DNA from: Plasmodiophora brassicae
Lineage: Eukaryota
Assembly: GCA_036867785.1 (NCBI GenBank)
Contig: CP145409.1
Coordinates: 930,001-994,000, forward strand
DNA: 64,000 nt
Reading direction: 5' to 3'
The position numbers and the translations under genes are program-made. Shown in pieces: positions 12,285 to 25,718 of the stretch. The stretch's first letter is position 1, and each line of letters opens with the position of its first letter. The notes below the pieces were generated by a model that was not told where the DNA came from, made no database searches, and was given only the letters and a program-made list of their open reading frames with translations.

Positions 12285-13105
12285 TTAGTAGTAGAACGCC
12301 ATCTGCTCCTCCTTTTTCACGAAGCCGAGCTTGTTGTAGAAAGGCACATTGTGGGCGGCACAGTCGAGAATAATCTTGTAACATCCAGCTTCGCCTGCCC
12401 ATGTTTTCAGCTGGTCGACGACTCGTAAACCGAGATTCCTCCCCCCTATCCACGCAAACTGGTTACGCAACGAAAGCACGCTGAGGTTCATGTGCACGTA
12501 CGATAGGTCGAATTCACAACAACGTCTTCGACATGGCCAACCTTGCCGCAACCATGTACAAACTTCTTCTCTATCAGCAGCGTGGCTGATGCGATCACCA
12601 GGTTCATGGCAGGATCAATGATAACCGCAATCTTACACGGGCAACGCTGAGGGCCACGAGACGTATCGATGGGCGAACCGAGCTACCTTGTACGTATGGG
12701 GCATTTTCTTGAGCTCATTGAACCGCTCGAGAAATTGCTGCATCCCGAACAGTCAACTTGGTGCAACTTGGGACAAATTAACCAGATCGGACAAACCTGT
12801 TCAGTGATATCACCTGCTGTCGTCAACTGCCGATCGTGAGAACTTCAACAGACGAACTTGCGACGTTCGCCAAGCATACCTGCCCTAGAAGTTTGATAAA
12901 TCCACGGTGGTAATCATCGGCTTGAAGTTCGCGAATGATCAGGTTGTCCCTCGGTTTCGGTCTACGCGACGCCACAGATCAGGGCCAGGACATCCCCGTC
13001 CCACGCCTGGCCAACGCACAGTTTGGCAGTCGCTCCGCCGCCTTCGTGTCTCGCCGCTGTTGCATGACAGAGGAGCTGGTCCACTCTGCCCTGCGTCGCC
13101 GTCAT
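12285..13105 (-). CDS. GNA1: Glucosamine-6-phosphate N-acetyltransferase
   Basis: Exons IRELQADDYHRGFIKLLGQ, ATLLIEKKFVHGCGK, GHVEDVVV, GCYKIILDC..NVPFYNKLGF. Confidence 0.92.
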
Positions 13106-13310
13106 CCTCCGGGCAGAATCTGCTAGTGCTCCCTATAAACTTCGCACTCGACGGTCGCCTGCCTTCAAAATAGCGCGACCCTCCGAATTCACACTGGAAG
13201 TGGAACACTCGCATCGTTTCGTTACGACCCGGCACCATTCAGTTGTTGTTCCAGAATGTACGCCCGAGCTGAGGCTCGGGACGGACGGCAGTGTCGGTTC
13301 TTTGCACAGT

Positions 13311-13810
13311 TTATAATTCGTCCTTGTCGGCCGGCGTGGCCCATTCATCAAACAGATGACGCCTTCGGGCGCGATTACGCGCAATGCTCGTCGCGCGGAA
13401 CGACGTCCGGGCACTCTGGGTGATGTTCGGCCAGTCCCCGATCGCAAACGACGATGGCGAAGACCTGCCGAATGCGTCGTGTACTGGATCCATAACAACG
13501 ACATGGAGCGTCTGTTGGCCGCCGACCAAATGCTCGCCTTCGATCACGATTGTCAAGAACGTGTTCATGTGATACAGCCCCATCTGTCGATGAGGACAGT
13601 TAGACCACGGCTCCGGCAGCGCCCTACGCATTGAACCTGGCAGTGCGAGTCGACGACAGACGCGAGCTGAAGGTCATCGAAGCTTCCGTACAGGGACTGT
13701 TGGCGAAGGTGTGCCAGGAAGTTCAACGCGGTTGAATTGACATCAGCACTGCATGCCCGAGATCCTACAATCATCACAGCGCTAACGATTGCGGCGGCAA
13801 GTAACGCCAT
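13311..13810 (-). CDS. Small ER-lumenal protein (signal peptide plus C-terminal KDEL)
   Basis: MALLAAAIVSAVMIVGSRAC signal, one intron, ends ...PADKDEL*. Confidence 0.7.
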
Positions 13811-14586
13811 CGTTCGCGTTGCATAAGTGTGCCAAGTCCGGAGTCCCAAATTTCCCCAACCCGAGCCGGAGTTACCTAAGTCCAGCAACCCAAGTCGTCC
13901 TGTAGGCAGGTAGTGACACCTCCATCGTTACAGTCGTCCAGGAACGAACTATCCCGTTGAGTCAGTAAAGTGGACCAGTGTGCCTTGTGTCGTGAGTCAC
14001 GGTAGTTCACTGTGGGCCAGGCCTGGATGTGCAAGTCTGTCTGGGACTCTGTTATCCACTAGTCATTGGGGACCACATCTTGCGACGCTACCATTATGCC
14101 CTGCAACGACCATCCCAGCGCGAATAACGGCATGTTCGTTACAGTAGGGTCCCATAACCCATGGTCGCTCGCCCGCTGGAAGCGCGGCGAATTTCAATAT
14201 CTGGCGACGGCAATCGCCAATCATCCCAGATCGTCCAACTCCATACACAACAAGAACGGCGACAAGGGCAGCAAACGACGACAAAACCTGTAGAACATTT
14301 CCAATATATCATCATCACGCTTGGGAAGAAGAGCTCGTTGCCGATTGGTATGTAGTCGATAACCTGGACGTCGGACAATTCAGCGCGGGACGACTTTTGG
14401 GAGCGAGGAGCGCTCGCGGGATCCTCGGGTCCACGCCTTCGCTAATCGTGTCTTCGTAGGGCCACGGCCGGAAACACATGCCTAACACGGGCACGCGTGC
14501 AAAGCGCCCGGCATCCCAGTCACGTGATGGTTCCGATCGGGTTCTGCGTGTGCGCCCAAAGCTCGGGGATGGTTCGAAACCGGACA

Positions 14587-17108
14587 TGCGGCGCCAGCGC
14601 CAATCTCTATCAGGTGCGATACGGTCTCTGATGCGCCGCCCGTTCGGTTCACCTCCAATCGGGTCTTGCTGGTAGGCGCCGCGAAACTGTGTCGCCCGCT
14701 TGACGAGATCAAGGCCTACTGCAAGGAGAGTGGCCTGACCGTGGTCGTGATTGGGGCTGGGCTTGCTGGCGTTGCTGCAGCTCGCGAGCTTAACGGTTTC
14801 GATGCGAACGTGATCGTTCTTGAAGCACGCGATCGTGTCGGCGGCCGCGTATGGACGGATCGCCAGTTTGGTACGAGAGGTCGCGGCGTCGATTTAGGCG
14901 GTGCATGGATTCATGGCTGCGATGGCAACCCTATCACGTCTATGTGCATTAACTTTGGGATCGACCTGTCACCTACCGACGAACCTGAAGTGAGCGACTT
15001 GCGGGCTCAGCTGCCTCTCAAACGGATGCCGATATTCGATTGGAATGGCGCGCCAGTCGCTAAACACGTTGACCAGAACATCGAGGTCTTGTTTAACGAC
15101 ACTCTAACGGAGCTAACGCACGAGGCTGTCAAGTTGAAGGCAAAGGTAGCGAGGCTGTCTGTCGTATTTTACCCTGATATATGGCAACTGACCTGCCGGA
15201 TACAGGGTGGCGATCTCGCTGACCAGTCGCTCGGCAGCGCACTTGATGAGAGAATGGAGAAGCTCCGGTTGAGCGACCTTGAATCACGGGTGTGGAAATG
15301 GCACTGTTCTAACCTGGAGGTTTGGCCTTCGTGGAAAACGTGCCGTTGGAGTCGATTTTGATCTGTGATGTAGTATGCGAACGCGACCGACCTTTCCAAC
15401 TTGTCAATGTTGCATTGGTTCGAGGCAAGTTTGCAAGTCGTGGGGAGTTTTTCTTAACCCCGCTGAACGTCCGTTTACAGGACGATTCGTACTCATTCCC
15501 GGGTCGGCACTGCCTCTTGAAGCAAGGTTATCAGGCACTTGTCGAGAAAATGGCAAGCGGACTGGACGTTCGCCTGAACCAAACAGTTTCAAGGATCAAC
15601 TATCAGGGCTCCCGTGTGAAAGTCATGTGTGACTCGGGCATGTCGGTCGAAGCCGGTACGCTCCTTTCTGTAGTCGCCGATATGACCAGCCGCTGACGCT
15701 CGGCAGATATGTGCATCGTCACGGTGCCCCTGGGGGTGCTCAAGTCTCGTCGGATTCGGTTCATCCCTGAACTGCCTAGGAGGAAGCTCTGCGTAATCGA
15801 TAAGCTTGGGTTTGGCCTGCTGAACAAGGTTATCCTGCATGGCATACGCCGTCAACCGTGATTTTAAGGCATACGATGTAGGTGGTGTTGCAGTTCAAGT
15901 CAGTGAAGTTCTGGACCGCCGATTCCATCAATTGCGGATACGCGTCGAAGGACGCTGGCAAATTTTATATATTCGTGAACGTCGAAGGCGCAACTGGTAC
16001 TCCGACGCTGGTGACGTTGGTATCGGGTTCTTGTGCTGCCGCTTACGAACAGTGTTCCGATGATGAAATTCAATCCCAGGTACTTGAAGGTTGGTTCTTA
16101 CAATGACGACCTCACTGATAGGGGGTGGTGTTTGACATTCGTATTGTGTAGTACTGAGATCAATGTTTGGTCATGGTGTTCCAGACCCACTTCGATGTGT
16201 CTGCACCCGTTGGTCGCAGGACCCGTTCGCCTTTGGGTCCTATACGTATTTGCCTGTTGATGGCGACCCAAACGACATCGATTTGCTTGCGGTATCCGTT
16301 GCCGATGGGCGTCTTCGGTTCGCTGGGGAAGCGACGTCTCCACATTACCTTGCCAGGTATACCACCTGACTACGGTTCATACTACTTGACCACGCTGATC
16401 ACACGGTTCTGTTCATCAGTTGCCACGGCGCGTTTCTCAGCGGCATTCGAGAGGCTCGCGCTCTCCTTGATCACGTTGCTCGATTTAAGGCTCGACTTAT
16501 TCCTTGTCGAGCAACAATCGTGCAAGATGCTGGCGCGAACGCTCCCAAGCGCATCCAGTGCAGTCTGTGTGGCGATCCTGCTGATGCGTTCCCTGATATG
16601 TTAGGCGGTGTCCCGATGATTGGACCGTTCGCCGCTGGAGCCTATATGCATCGAAACTGTGCGCTATACTCGCCTGAGGTGTACCACTCACCAGGCGGGG
16701 AGTGGTACAACCTCGAGCAATGTCTCGCAAGATCCTTGTCCGTTCGATGCTATTCATGCAGGCGTGCGGGCGCTTCAATCGGCTGTCACATGTCGACGTG
16801 TCCAAGAAGCTATCACGTCAAGTGTGCCTGGGGCACCAGATGGGACTTCCATCGCCCTGACGAAGGCGTCTTCTTCTTCTGTCCTGATCATCGAGATCCG
16901 AACGTTCGCAGAGGTCTGGGACCGTTCACTAGAATCGACTGCCAATGCCCGCGCTACAGACAACGATGCCCAGACTGCTCGGCCTGCATCGACAACCACT
17001 GCCAATGCGTCAGCCGGGAAGTCACCCGAGCTTTCATTCGTGTTGAAGACCTCTCTGGTAGACACGACAAGGACGGCCGATCCCGTCGTGCCACGTTGTA
17101 GTACTTAG
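14587..17108 (+). CDS. LSD1/KDM1-like flavin amine oxidase with C-terminal extended PHD finger
   Basis: VIGAGLAG, LEARDRVGGR, DLGGAWIHG, WHCSNLE/YANA, LGFGLLNK, RWSQDPFAFGSY, FAGEAT, HGAFLSGIREA, running in-frame into CSLC...HRNCALYSPEV...CYSCRRAGASIGC...YHVKC...CPDH. Confidence 0.85.
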
Positions 17109-17329
17109 TCGAAAGCCCCCACTAACGAGAAATTATAGCTCGCGTCGTATCGTATAATGTGGCAAGCGCGATGCAACCCAAGCGAATGACTTAGCGCCAG
17201 AGATATACTGTCATGACATAAACATACGTATTGAACCGAAGCCCGCCCTGAAACGAGCACTATGTAGGTACCGCCTGTGTCCAATCCGTCAGTTGCTGTC
17301 TCATTCGGATCCGGACTGCGTCGACGGTT

Positions 17330-20300
17330 ATGCCCAACGTCGCTGTTGCGGCCGTCATTGTCTTGACGGTTGCGAGCGCCGTGCAAGGGATCTACGAACA
17401 CGAGGTTGGCGAGAATGACTGGTGGGCAGTAGAGATGACGAAGGCGTGAATAGTACCGGGTTGATTCCTTTGCGGGTAGGTATCGCCCAGGGATCGGGCG
17501 TGTTCGGCATGTCCATCTTGGAGATGATTTGGTTATCGTAGCGACCCATAGTGGTGTGCTTGCTGGTTTAGATGTGCATACTGGTGATATCCGCTGGCGT
17601 CAGGTTGGATGTGTGTGATGTTTCAGTTGGGTGCGTCGATCGACAGTTGTCCTGTAGGTCCTAGCGGATGGGAACGATATTTCCGGAATGTACTGCGATG
17701 GAACGTTGGTCTACACAGTGGTAACAGGGCCTAGTATTGACGGGCAACCCATGATGGGTATCTGGAACGCGGCCAATGGGGTCGTCCACAACATTACTGG
17801 GGCGTTTCGCACTGGCTTGCCTGCACGCATTGGGCAACCGCCCAAATCGGACCACTTCGATATCGTCGTCACAAGCTCACTAGTGGCAGCAGCGAATTCC
17901 ACCCATGTAGTAGCGTTCAATTCCGGTACGTGCACTCGCTCGTGCTGTATTGCCTATTGAACTGACGAAAGACTCTCTTCAGGGACAGCGCTTCCAGTTT
18001 ACGTGTATGCTTCTGGCGGCAATATCCGTGGGATTTCAGGACGTGGCCGAAGCGTGGACCTCGTCGATATCGTGGTCGAGGATACACAACGTCGTGCTGT
18101 CTTTTTCGATGCTCTGGACAGCTCTGGAACGCGTATTAAGCGAAAAGAACATCCAATTGCACATCAATCGTAATAACCTTTTTACCATCCATTGACGTTA
18201 ATACCTGCTAACTGTATCGGTAGGTCTGTTGTCGGCATTTCAGGAAGTCGAGCTGTCATCCTGAGCGGTGCCAAATTAACAGTCGCTACAATGGGTCTCG
18301 ATACGGTCACGGTGCCAAAGGAATTCGGAACGGGCACCCGAATCGTTCGAATCGGTAATAGTGAAGTGGCTGTGACGTCCCACAACGACGTTTATATCAT
18401 CTCGTTTCCCGAGCGTCCTGATTCCACCGAATCTACTGTTCGGCATGTCTCAATGCCTGCTGGAAGTCTGGCACAATTGGCGTCGGGCACAGTGCATGCG
18501 TATCAGGCAAAGGACACGGTAGAAGCGTGATCTCGTGAGTTGTTCTCGCCCAAATAATGTGTCGCGTCAGATAACCTTGAGCTCGTCGACAACAAAGTTC
18601 TCCGTTGATTTCCGTTCAAGCGACCATGGGGCCATTGACACCCTCGTCTGTAAACCCTTCTTGTGTGCAGTGACAAGCAAGGATTTCGCCCTATCCTTGA
18701 TTCGATTAGGTTTCCGCTCATGGTTCACATGGATTTCACATGTCTTACGCGTTTCGACAGGTGGCAAGTCTTCCGTTCTTTGGACCCGTGAGAATGCTTT
18801 GTCTGTACCACTTCAGGCCGAACTAATTGACTATCCTTTGGAGGCTCGGTGTGTATATGTCGATGCACTGCGATGCCGAACGCGTTTCTTACTGTGGATG
18901 CAAAGGGCTTACGCGTATTCGGACGGCGCGCATGATGAGTTTCCTCGCCTGTTCCCGGACCGTCTCCTCTTGCAGTTGGAGACTGCGAAATCGTTTGCCA
19001 GTCACTCTCTGGATATTCTTCAAGGGTTGGTGTGATGTGCAAAACACACAACGGAGTGGGTGTAAGAATCAGTGGCAGGTTCTATCAGGCGCTGTTGCTT
19101 CCTACTCGCACGGCGCTTCAGCTGGATAAGAAAGCTTTCAATATGCGGAAGATCATCGTGGTTTTGTCAGACGTCAAGGTCTATGCGATATGCAGCGAAA
19201 CATCATCCACTCTTTGGTCCATCTACATTGGTGAAGAACTCGGGAAAAGACATGGCATTTTCCTTGTGAAACCGATCACGAGCGTTGCTGCTATTGAACC
19301 TCCTGAGCTTGTCATCGCTATTGGCAGGAGCACGATCCACGTGGATCCACGCTCTGGCACTGTGTCAGTTAGGCGATCGTGGGCAGGTGATGTCGTCCAT
19401 GTTGCGATGTTTCCAAGGGCTGTGCACCGGTCGCTTCTCGTTCTTTCATATTTTGACGGTATTGTGCATTGAATACGTATATGCTTGCGGTTTCTAAACA
19501 ATCGTTGCTTGCAGGAACGGCCGATGTGTATCCTTCGGAAGCGAAACCGATTCTGGCCAACATGTTCCCTTACGGCCTACAATTCAACTTTGCCAACGTG
19601 TCCTCAAATTCCATTCAAGGCTTTGTGATCAGCACGACAGAGGACCGCCTGTCTTCATCTGTCCGATGGAGTTATGTCTTTCCGAAGGAGTCGCTGCTCG
19701 TTGACATGGCATCATCGCTCCCTGATGAACCTGTGGCTGACCCTGCAGTTGAGATTCCAGTTAACCTGCCCGCTCCTTCCGACCAGCAACAGAAACGGGT
19801 TGTTTTCAAGTATATCCATCGCGGTATCCTTGCCGCTGTGACAGTGTCGCCTTCAACAGGGTGTGTTCCTCGTTGGTTTCGTTGCTTCGTTTCTTGACCT
19901 ATTGTTTACATTTGTAGTATCCTTGCTGTGGTGATAATCGACGGCGTTACGGGCGCCACGCTCTATCACAATGAGCATGCTGGCTGTGGGTTGCGTCCAT
20001 CTGCCGTCCGCGTAGCAGTACTGGAGCATTCCGTCGTTTATACATTCTTCAGCGCGAAAGAGATGCAGTACCAAATTGCTGTCGTCGATATTTACCACAA
20101 TGGTATCCGCACGAATTCCCAGCTATCCCTTCATAATCTGAACTCGGTTGCAGATGTCGTCCTGTCTCAGTCGTACCTCTACCCGGCAGCGATTTGTTCA
20201 ATTGGCGTGACCAGGACTCGATATGGCGTTGCAGGCAAACAGGTACGGCTTCGTGCTGGGGTGGCGCTCTGCCAGGCTAATTGGTGTTCCAGATAATTGT

Positions 20301-20694
20301 TGGCCTTTGCTCTGGTCAAGTTACGATGATTGACAGGTCCTTTCTGGACCCGCGGCGCCCCCCAGGCCCATCTCCCATCGCCACGGCTTTACATATTCGT
20401 CCCTATTCTCCGATGATCGGCATCCAACCCCTTGAAGTTCTGTCATTCAACACCAGTATCGCCAGGCTCGCTGCCCTGTACTCGGCACCGACTGACCTGG
20501 AATCGGCCTCAATCGTTCTCGCTGTTGGCCTTGACCTGTTCTTAACCAAGGTCCACCCATCTCGTCCTTTCGACCTGCTCAATGCTGACTTCAACCTGCC
20601 ATTCCTGATCGCGACTGTCACTGGCGTCTTTATCGCAATTATGATCTCCAGTCGCGCTGCCAAAGCATCTCAGCTTCGAGCTAAGTGGGCTTAG
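17330..20694 (+). CDS. EMC1: ER membrane protein complex subunit 1
   Basis: Signal plus IYEHEVGENDW at the N-terminus. C-terminal LESASIVLAVGLDLFLTKVHPSRPFDLLNADFN, TM, ...LRAKWA. Many introns. Confidence 0.9.
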
Positions 20695-20819
20695 GTGTCC
20701 AGCCTGTTCAACGCTCGACCTTCAAGTGCTGATTCATACTCATTTCGTATAAAGCGTGAGACCGCTCGCTCCAGTCTGATGCAGCGCACACGTTAGCATG
20801 GCATTCATGGGCTGTCTTT

Positions 20820-21527
20820 TTAGTCGGTCTCCTGTTGCGCCTGATGTTGTCTGTCGCGGCTCTCATCTGCGGGCAACCTCTGTACACAGTGGATCCCTGA
20901 TTCGACAGGGTACACGGTTGCCACACGGGCGACGGCGGCCCTGTATGCTCGACAACAACTTTTGAAAAGGCCGGCGTTGCTGACTTTCTTCCTTGGCTCG
21001 ATGTCGAAGAGTTCCTCTTCCGAGTAGATTGTGGAGGTACCGGTGAAAGGACTGCCGTGGATGTGGTTCATGTGACCATGGAACTCAGTGCCCCGGCAAG
21101 GTGGCGGAAGTGGCGTGCCCGGGTTAAGCGCTACTACAAGAGTGTGGAGGAAACTGGCATTGTGAACATGGACTGCATAGGCAGGACTGATGGAATGTAC
21201 CGCAAGGGTCTTCTGCCAGCAGTACTGCAAGGACTGCCGTGAGGGAAGCATCTTTAAGCGCGGGCAGACAAGGCTGTCTTTCCAGAATTACGCTCAGTGA
21301 GACGCAAGGCCAGAACCGCAAGCGCACGCGCGACATGTGTGACGACGTACCTGGCAAGCGCAAAGCTCGTCGCTCATGTGATCGGTCCAGGTAAGCGGCA
21401 AGCCGTACCCATCGACGCAGGCCAAAGACCCCCACAACACATTCATTGTATGTATGTATCCCGGATGAAGACGATGAACATCACAGTTCGAGTGACGCTC
21501 GTCTAAAAAACGTGCAACTTGGGTCAT
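20820..21527 (-). CDS. Possible small hypothetical protein
   Basis: Coding-like minus-strand ORF segments between EMC1 and the acyltransferase. Gene structure unresolved. Confidence 0.25.
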
Positions 21528-21573
21528 TTTTCAATGCAGAATTCAGGGTTCCGAAATTACTCGGTTTTCGACG

Positions 21574-24520
21574 ATGGGTAGCGAAGCCGCCTTCGTCGAC
21601 GTGACAAGGGTGGGCGTCGGCAACGGGCGCCTGGGTGCGACCTCGGCTGATCTCCAATGGGTCCTCTCCTCCGTGGTCGGGTCGGGATCACGCAGTGGCC
21701 TCTGATTCCCCTGCATCAGACGGCAACGCTTGGCGTTCAGACACGATTGGACCTGACGCCCGCGCAGCTGGAGCAAAGAGTTCTTAATTCTGCACGCGTC
21801 AAAGCCACCGTGACACGCATCGTTTCAGAGGGAATCATGAACGAACGGTGTGACGCATAGTGATGTGGCCTTGGCCGGCGCAATGCTCATTGGTTGCGGC
21901 AGAGCTTGTAGAGAGTGTACTCGCCAAGTGCTCAATGAGATGGCTGCGACTGTCAAACCCGCTCTTCTATATCCACTAGGTTTAGGTGCGCGTCAACTTC
22001 TACGTCAGTCCAGTTCACTGGTATTGCCTATTACGACACACTCATTATCCGCACCGCCTATTAGGCAATCTGTATCGGGGTGGCATTAATGTGAACAAGG
22101 ACGGTATTGAACGCGTTAGTTCCGTACGATTTTGATGGGCAAGGCGGTCGCTGCTGACGCTTGTCAACAGATCAAGACAGCTTTGAAGTCTGGCCCCGTC
22201 ATCCTCCTTCCAACCCATCGTTCGCACATGGACTACGTTCGTCTTTGGATCCCCTATGTTATCTCGTGGTTTATAGCTCACTTTACGCAATATGCACAGA
22301 TAGCCATTCAGTTTGCAGCGGTCGCCAACCAGCTACCAGTTCCATTTGTAATTGCTGGTATCTGGCGTCTGTCTCTCGAGCAATTTGCTTTCGTGACAAT
22401 GGTTGCCAAGGTGACAACCTGAACTTCCCCATTATTGGGAGGATTTTGAAGAGTGCTGGTGCTGTTTTCATCCGTCGCCGATTCGGGTCTGATCAGATCT
22501 ACTGGGCGGTTTTTACCGAATACCTGTCCCTGCTCCTGCAGTCCGGCTGCATGCTGGAATGCTTTATTGAAGGCGGGCGCAGCAGGTCAGGGAAGTCCAT
22601 TGCGCCCAAGTCAGGTTTCCTTGAGGTCCTGCCCGTGACTGTGCTTCAAAACGGTTGCTGAATGCCATTGACGATAGGTTATCGCGCAATTAGTGTTAGA
22701 AGGCGTCGTTCCAGACGTAACCTTGGTGCCGATTGGCATTTCATACGATCGCATGGTAGTACAAGTAGTGGATATCTTTGTACTTGTTGACCCGCAGTAT
22801 GCAGGTTGAGGGGAAATCATTCGTGCGGGAGCTGCTTGGGAACAGCAAGGAGAAGGAGTCTCTGTTCGGGTTTCTTCGTGCAGCGAAAGAGGTCGTCAAA
22901 CTTCATCTGGGTTCCATTGATGTACGCGCTGCTTCACAAGTTGACTCAAACATGCGACTGTTAACGCCTTTGTTGCGCTCTAGTTAGCAATCAGCGACAA
23001 GTTTATCAGCCTGCGTTCGTACTTGGGCATGTGCAAGCATCAACTCTCAGGACCGTCTGCGAAACGTAGCAGGGCCCTAACGTTGGCCACGCTGTCATAC
23101 ACGGCCCTATACGAAGCTGACGTTGCTACAGTGGTCACAGTATGTTTCTTTGTATCCTGGCAATACTCCGACTTGCCGTTGCTCAGGTGTTACCCCACAG
23201 GCCTCTTCGCTTGTCGCTTCTGTTCTGCTGACAAGCCGCACTCGTGGCATTCAAAGAACTGTCTCGAACCTGCATCAACGTGTCTCGCGACCGAAGCTTC
23301 TAACGGTGTTTGTCCAGGTCGTCATTGATCGAGTCACTCAGCTCGTAGAAGACCTGAAAAGGCGCGGGGCACGTCTGTCCCACCTACTTCAGACGGAACC
23401 GATTGCGTTGGTTGTCGATGGTGCCATTGCAATGTTTGGAAGGCTCGTCACCTTGCGCAATGGTGTTATCTCCGGGTTGGTGCGCTCATGATAGCATCAC
23501 CCTACAGAGGGCAGCTGACCGACGAATAATCAGATACTGGTTCGCTGAATCGTTGGAATTGGGCATATACCGCAACGCCGTTATCCATTGGTGGGTTGCA
23601 GAGGCGTGTGTTGCCGTTGCCCTTGTTGCAGATCATAGGCATCGGAACCTTGATGTGAGCCGAAATGTCAACTCTCGGTACCCATGTACAAACTAAACGT
23701 TACGTTACAGTTTGGTGGGAAGCAGCAATCCCATGGCGTGTCCAGAAGTGGGCTCCTCGAGAGGGTCCGTTTCGTTAGCCAACTGATGAAAACCGAGTTT
23801 GTGTTCAAGCCGACGTTTAACATTGAAGAAAACTTCCGCGACGTCACCGCCTCCTTGATTGCAAAGTCATCGCCTGATTATCACCCTTTGGCTCCTTATC
23901 GTTGACAGGCTGCTCTTTGTAGGAGGTTCCTTGGAGAAAACAGTGACGGTTCGCTGTGCGTCGACGAAAGAGGGATCAAATACTTTTCGTTTCTCTGCAT
24001 GCTTATCTGGCCGCTTATCGACACGTACTGGTCCTGTTGCATGACGTTGATGAAGCTACCGAAGGGTGCCATTATTGACGCCAGCGCCTTGACTGCGAAG
24101 GCTAGCGTCGAAGCCGAACAGTTCTTCTACAAGGGTATACCTCATAGTCGGCGCGGTGAACCTTGCCTTTTAAAGTTGGTCGCCTGCTTAGGTGAGGTGG
24201 CGTTCTACGAAAGCGTCTCTACAGACTGCGTTCGCCAAGCGTTCAAGTGGTTCGAGGTCAAGAAGATTCTGCTAGCGCAACCAGTTATCGAGGTCCAGTA
24301 GCGTGCTATCATCGACACCCGTGTTGTTTACTTGGCTCCCTAGGAAAACAAAGCTTCGAAAGCATCCCAACTACTGCGTCTGGGGCCTGAATACGAACCG
24401 CCAGGAGGGAAAGGCAGCTGCAACGAACGTTTGAAACAGCTGGCGGACACGATCGCAGAGTATCGTGCCGATGCCCCTCAAACACAGAGACGCCCGTTCT
24501 CGTTGGCATCCCGCATGTGA
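21574..24520 (+). CDS. GNPAT: Glycerone-phosphate/glycerol-3-phosphate O-acyltransferase (PlsB/DHAPAT family), likely peroxisomal
   Basis: Blocks PTHRSHMDY, GAVFIRR, FIEGGRSRSGK, LVPIGISYDR. The last exon ends ...FSLASRM*. Confidence 0.8.
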
Positions 24521-24548
24521 CAAGCATATTCCCACGCTGTACTTCGGT

Positions 24549-25568
24549 CTATTTATCAATACGATCTCGTTCGAGCTTCGCTTTCCGATGGTTGTTGATA
24601 GCATTAATCTCAGTCGGCATGTCGGGAACAGGCGTTAGCACATAGGTGTCGATTTGGGGTGACAGTTGCACCAGAAACATTGCCTAGTCACAACTCCATT
24701 ATCGTGCACCGAAGTCTTACACAATATGCGCTCCCACCTCGACTTCGATATCGTAAACACGTTCGAGTATGTCCTTGTATAGATTCAGCTGAATCGAGTA
24801 CCTGCCGAGGTGTAAGTAAGGCATACGAATATCACAGTCTCGTCACGTATACTTTGAGTATGATGTATCGGGAACTTTCGAGATGGGCTGGAACGCACGC
24901 TTGCCATAGGATGGCGCGTCGGGAGATAGCGCCTTGGTCGTGCGCTTCCAGTCGTACATAATGACCGAGTTCGTCGCCGCCCCAGGCATAATACAGTCCA
25001 CGGTTCCAGCAATGAGAAGCTCTGGCTGACAGTATCGGGCAAGTTGAATGGATAGCCGGCAACCGTTCGTAGACTAGGCACGTACATCGACAATGCGGGT
25101 TTCTGCGAGAACCGGATCTTGGAATGGGCCAGCGTTATTGACGAACTCGGCGAACTGGTTCCTCGTCTGCTCATCAATCCCGTCGAACGCGTTGTCATCG
25201 CCGTTCCAGTACCGTTCGATGGCGGCATGCAGCGAGGTCCCTGAAGTGGCGGCACGTAGGCCCTTGGAGCTCCACAGGGCCTTGATCGCATGGCGCTCCA
25301 GACCGTAGTACTTGGAGGACGGGTCCTTCTGCCAGCGATCGAAGTACGAATCCAGGACAGCATCGGCGTCGAACTTTGGGAAGTACGACGCCACGTGCGT
25401 CGTCACGGACGTGCACAGGCGTCCCTGCCAGGAATACGAATGCTTCCTGGCGCGGAACTCGATCTGCTCATGACGGCTGCGCAGCCGACCGGCCCACTCC
25501 GCACAGGGCGCCGCTGTTCTCCCGGCGACCTTGTTCGCCACTGCCGTCGCTACCCTGTTTGCCGCCAT
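24549..25568 (-). CDS. PD-(D/E)XK (Cas4/RecB-like) nuclease
   Basis: SVTT, SKYYG, GTSLHAAIE, E-TRI, IAGTVDC, YDWKRT, QLNLYKDILE across short introns. Confidence 0.8.
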
Positions 25569-25718
25569 CGTCGCCCAGCGTAGCAGGCGGCAGGCCCGAC
25601 ACGCGCCGCCCACCCCGTTCGATCTGCGGGGTCCGCTACCGCTATCGCTGTTGCCAGACGTGGACGACGTCGCATCAGTTGGCTGTCGCAAACGGGTGTT
25701 GTAGAACCGTAGTGAGCG

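Noticed and set aside
13900-14480. Short ORFs between the KDEL gene and the amine oxidase
   Set aside because: No consistent exon chain or recognisable motif.
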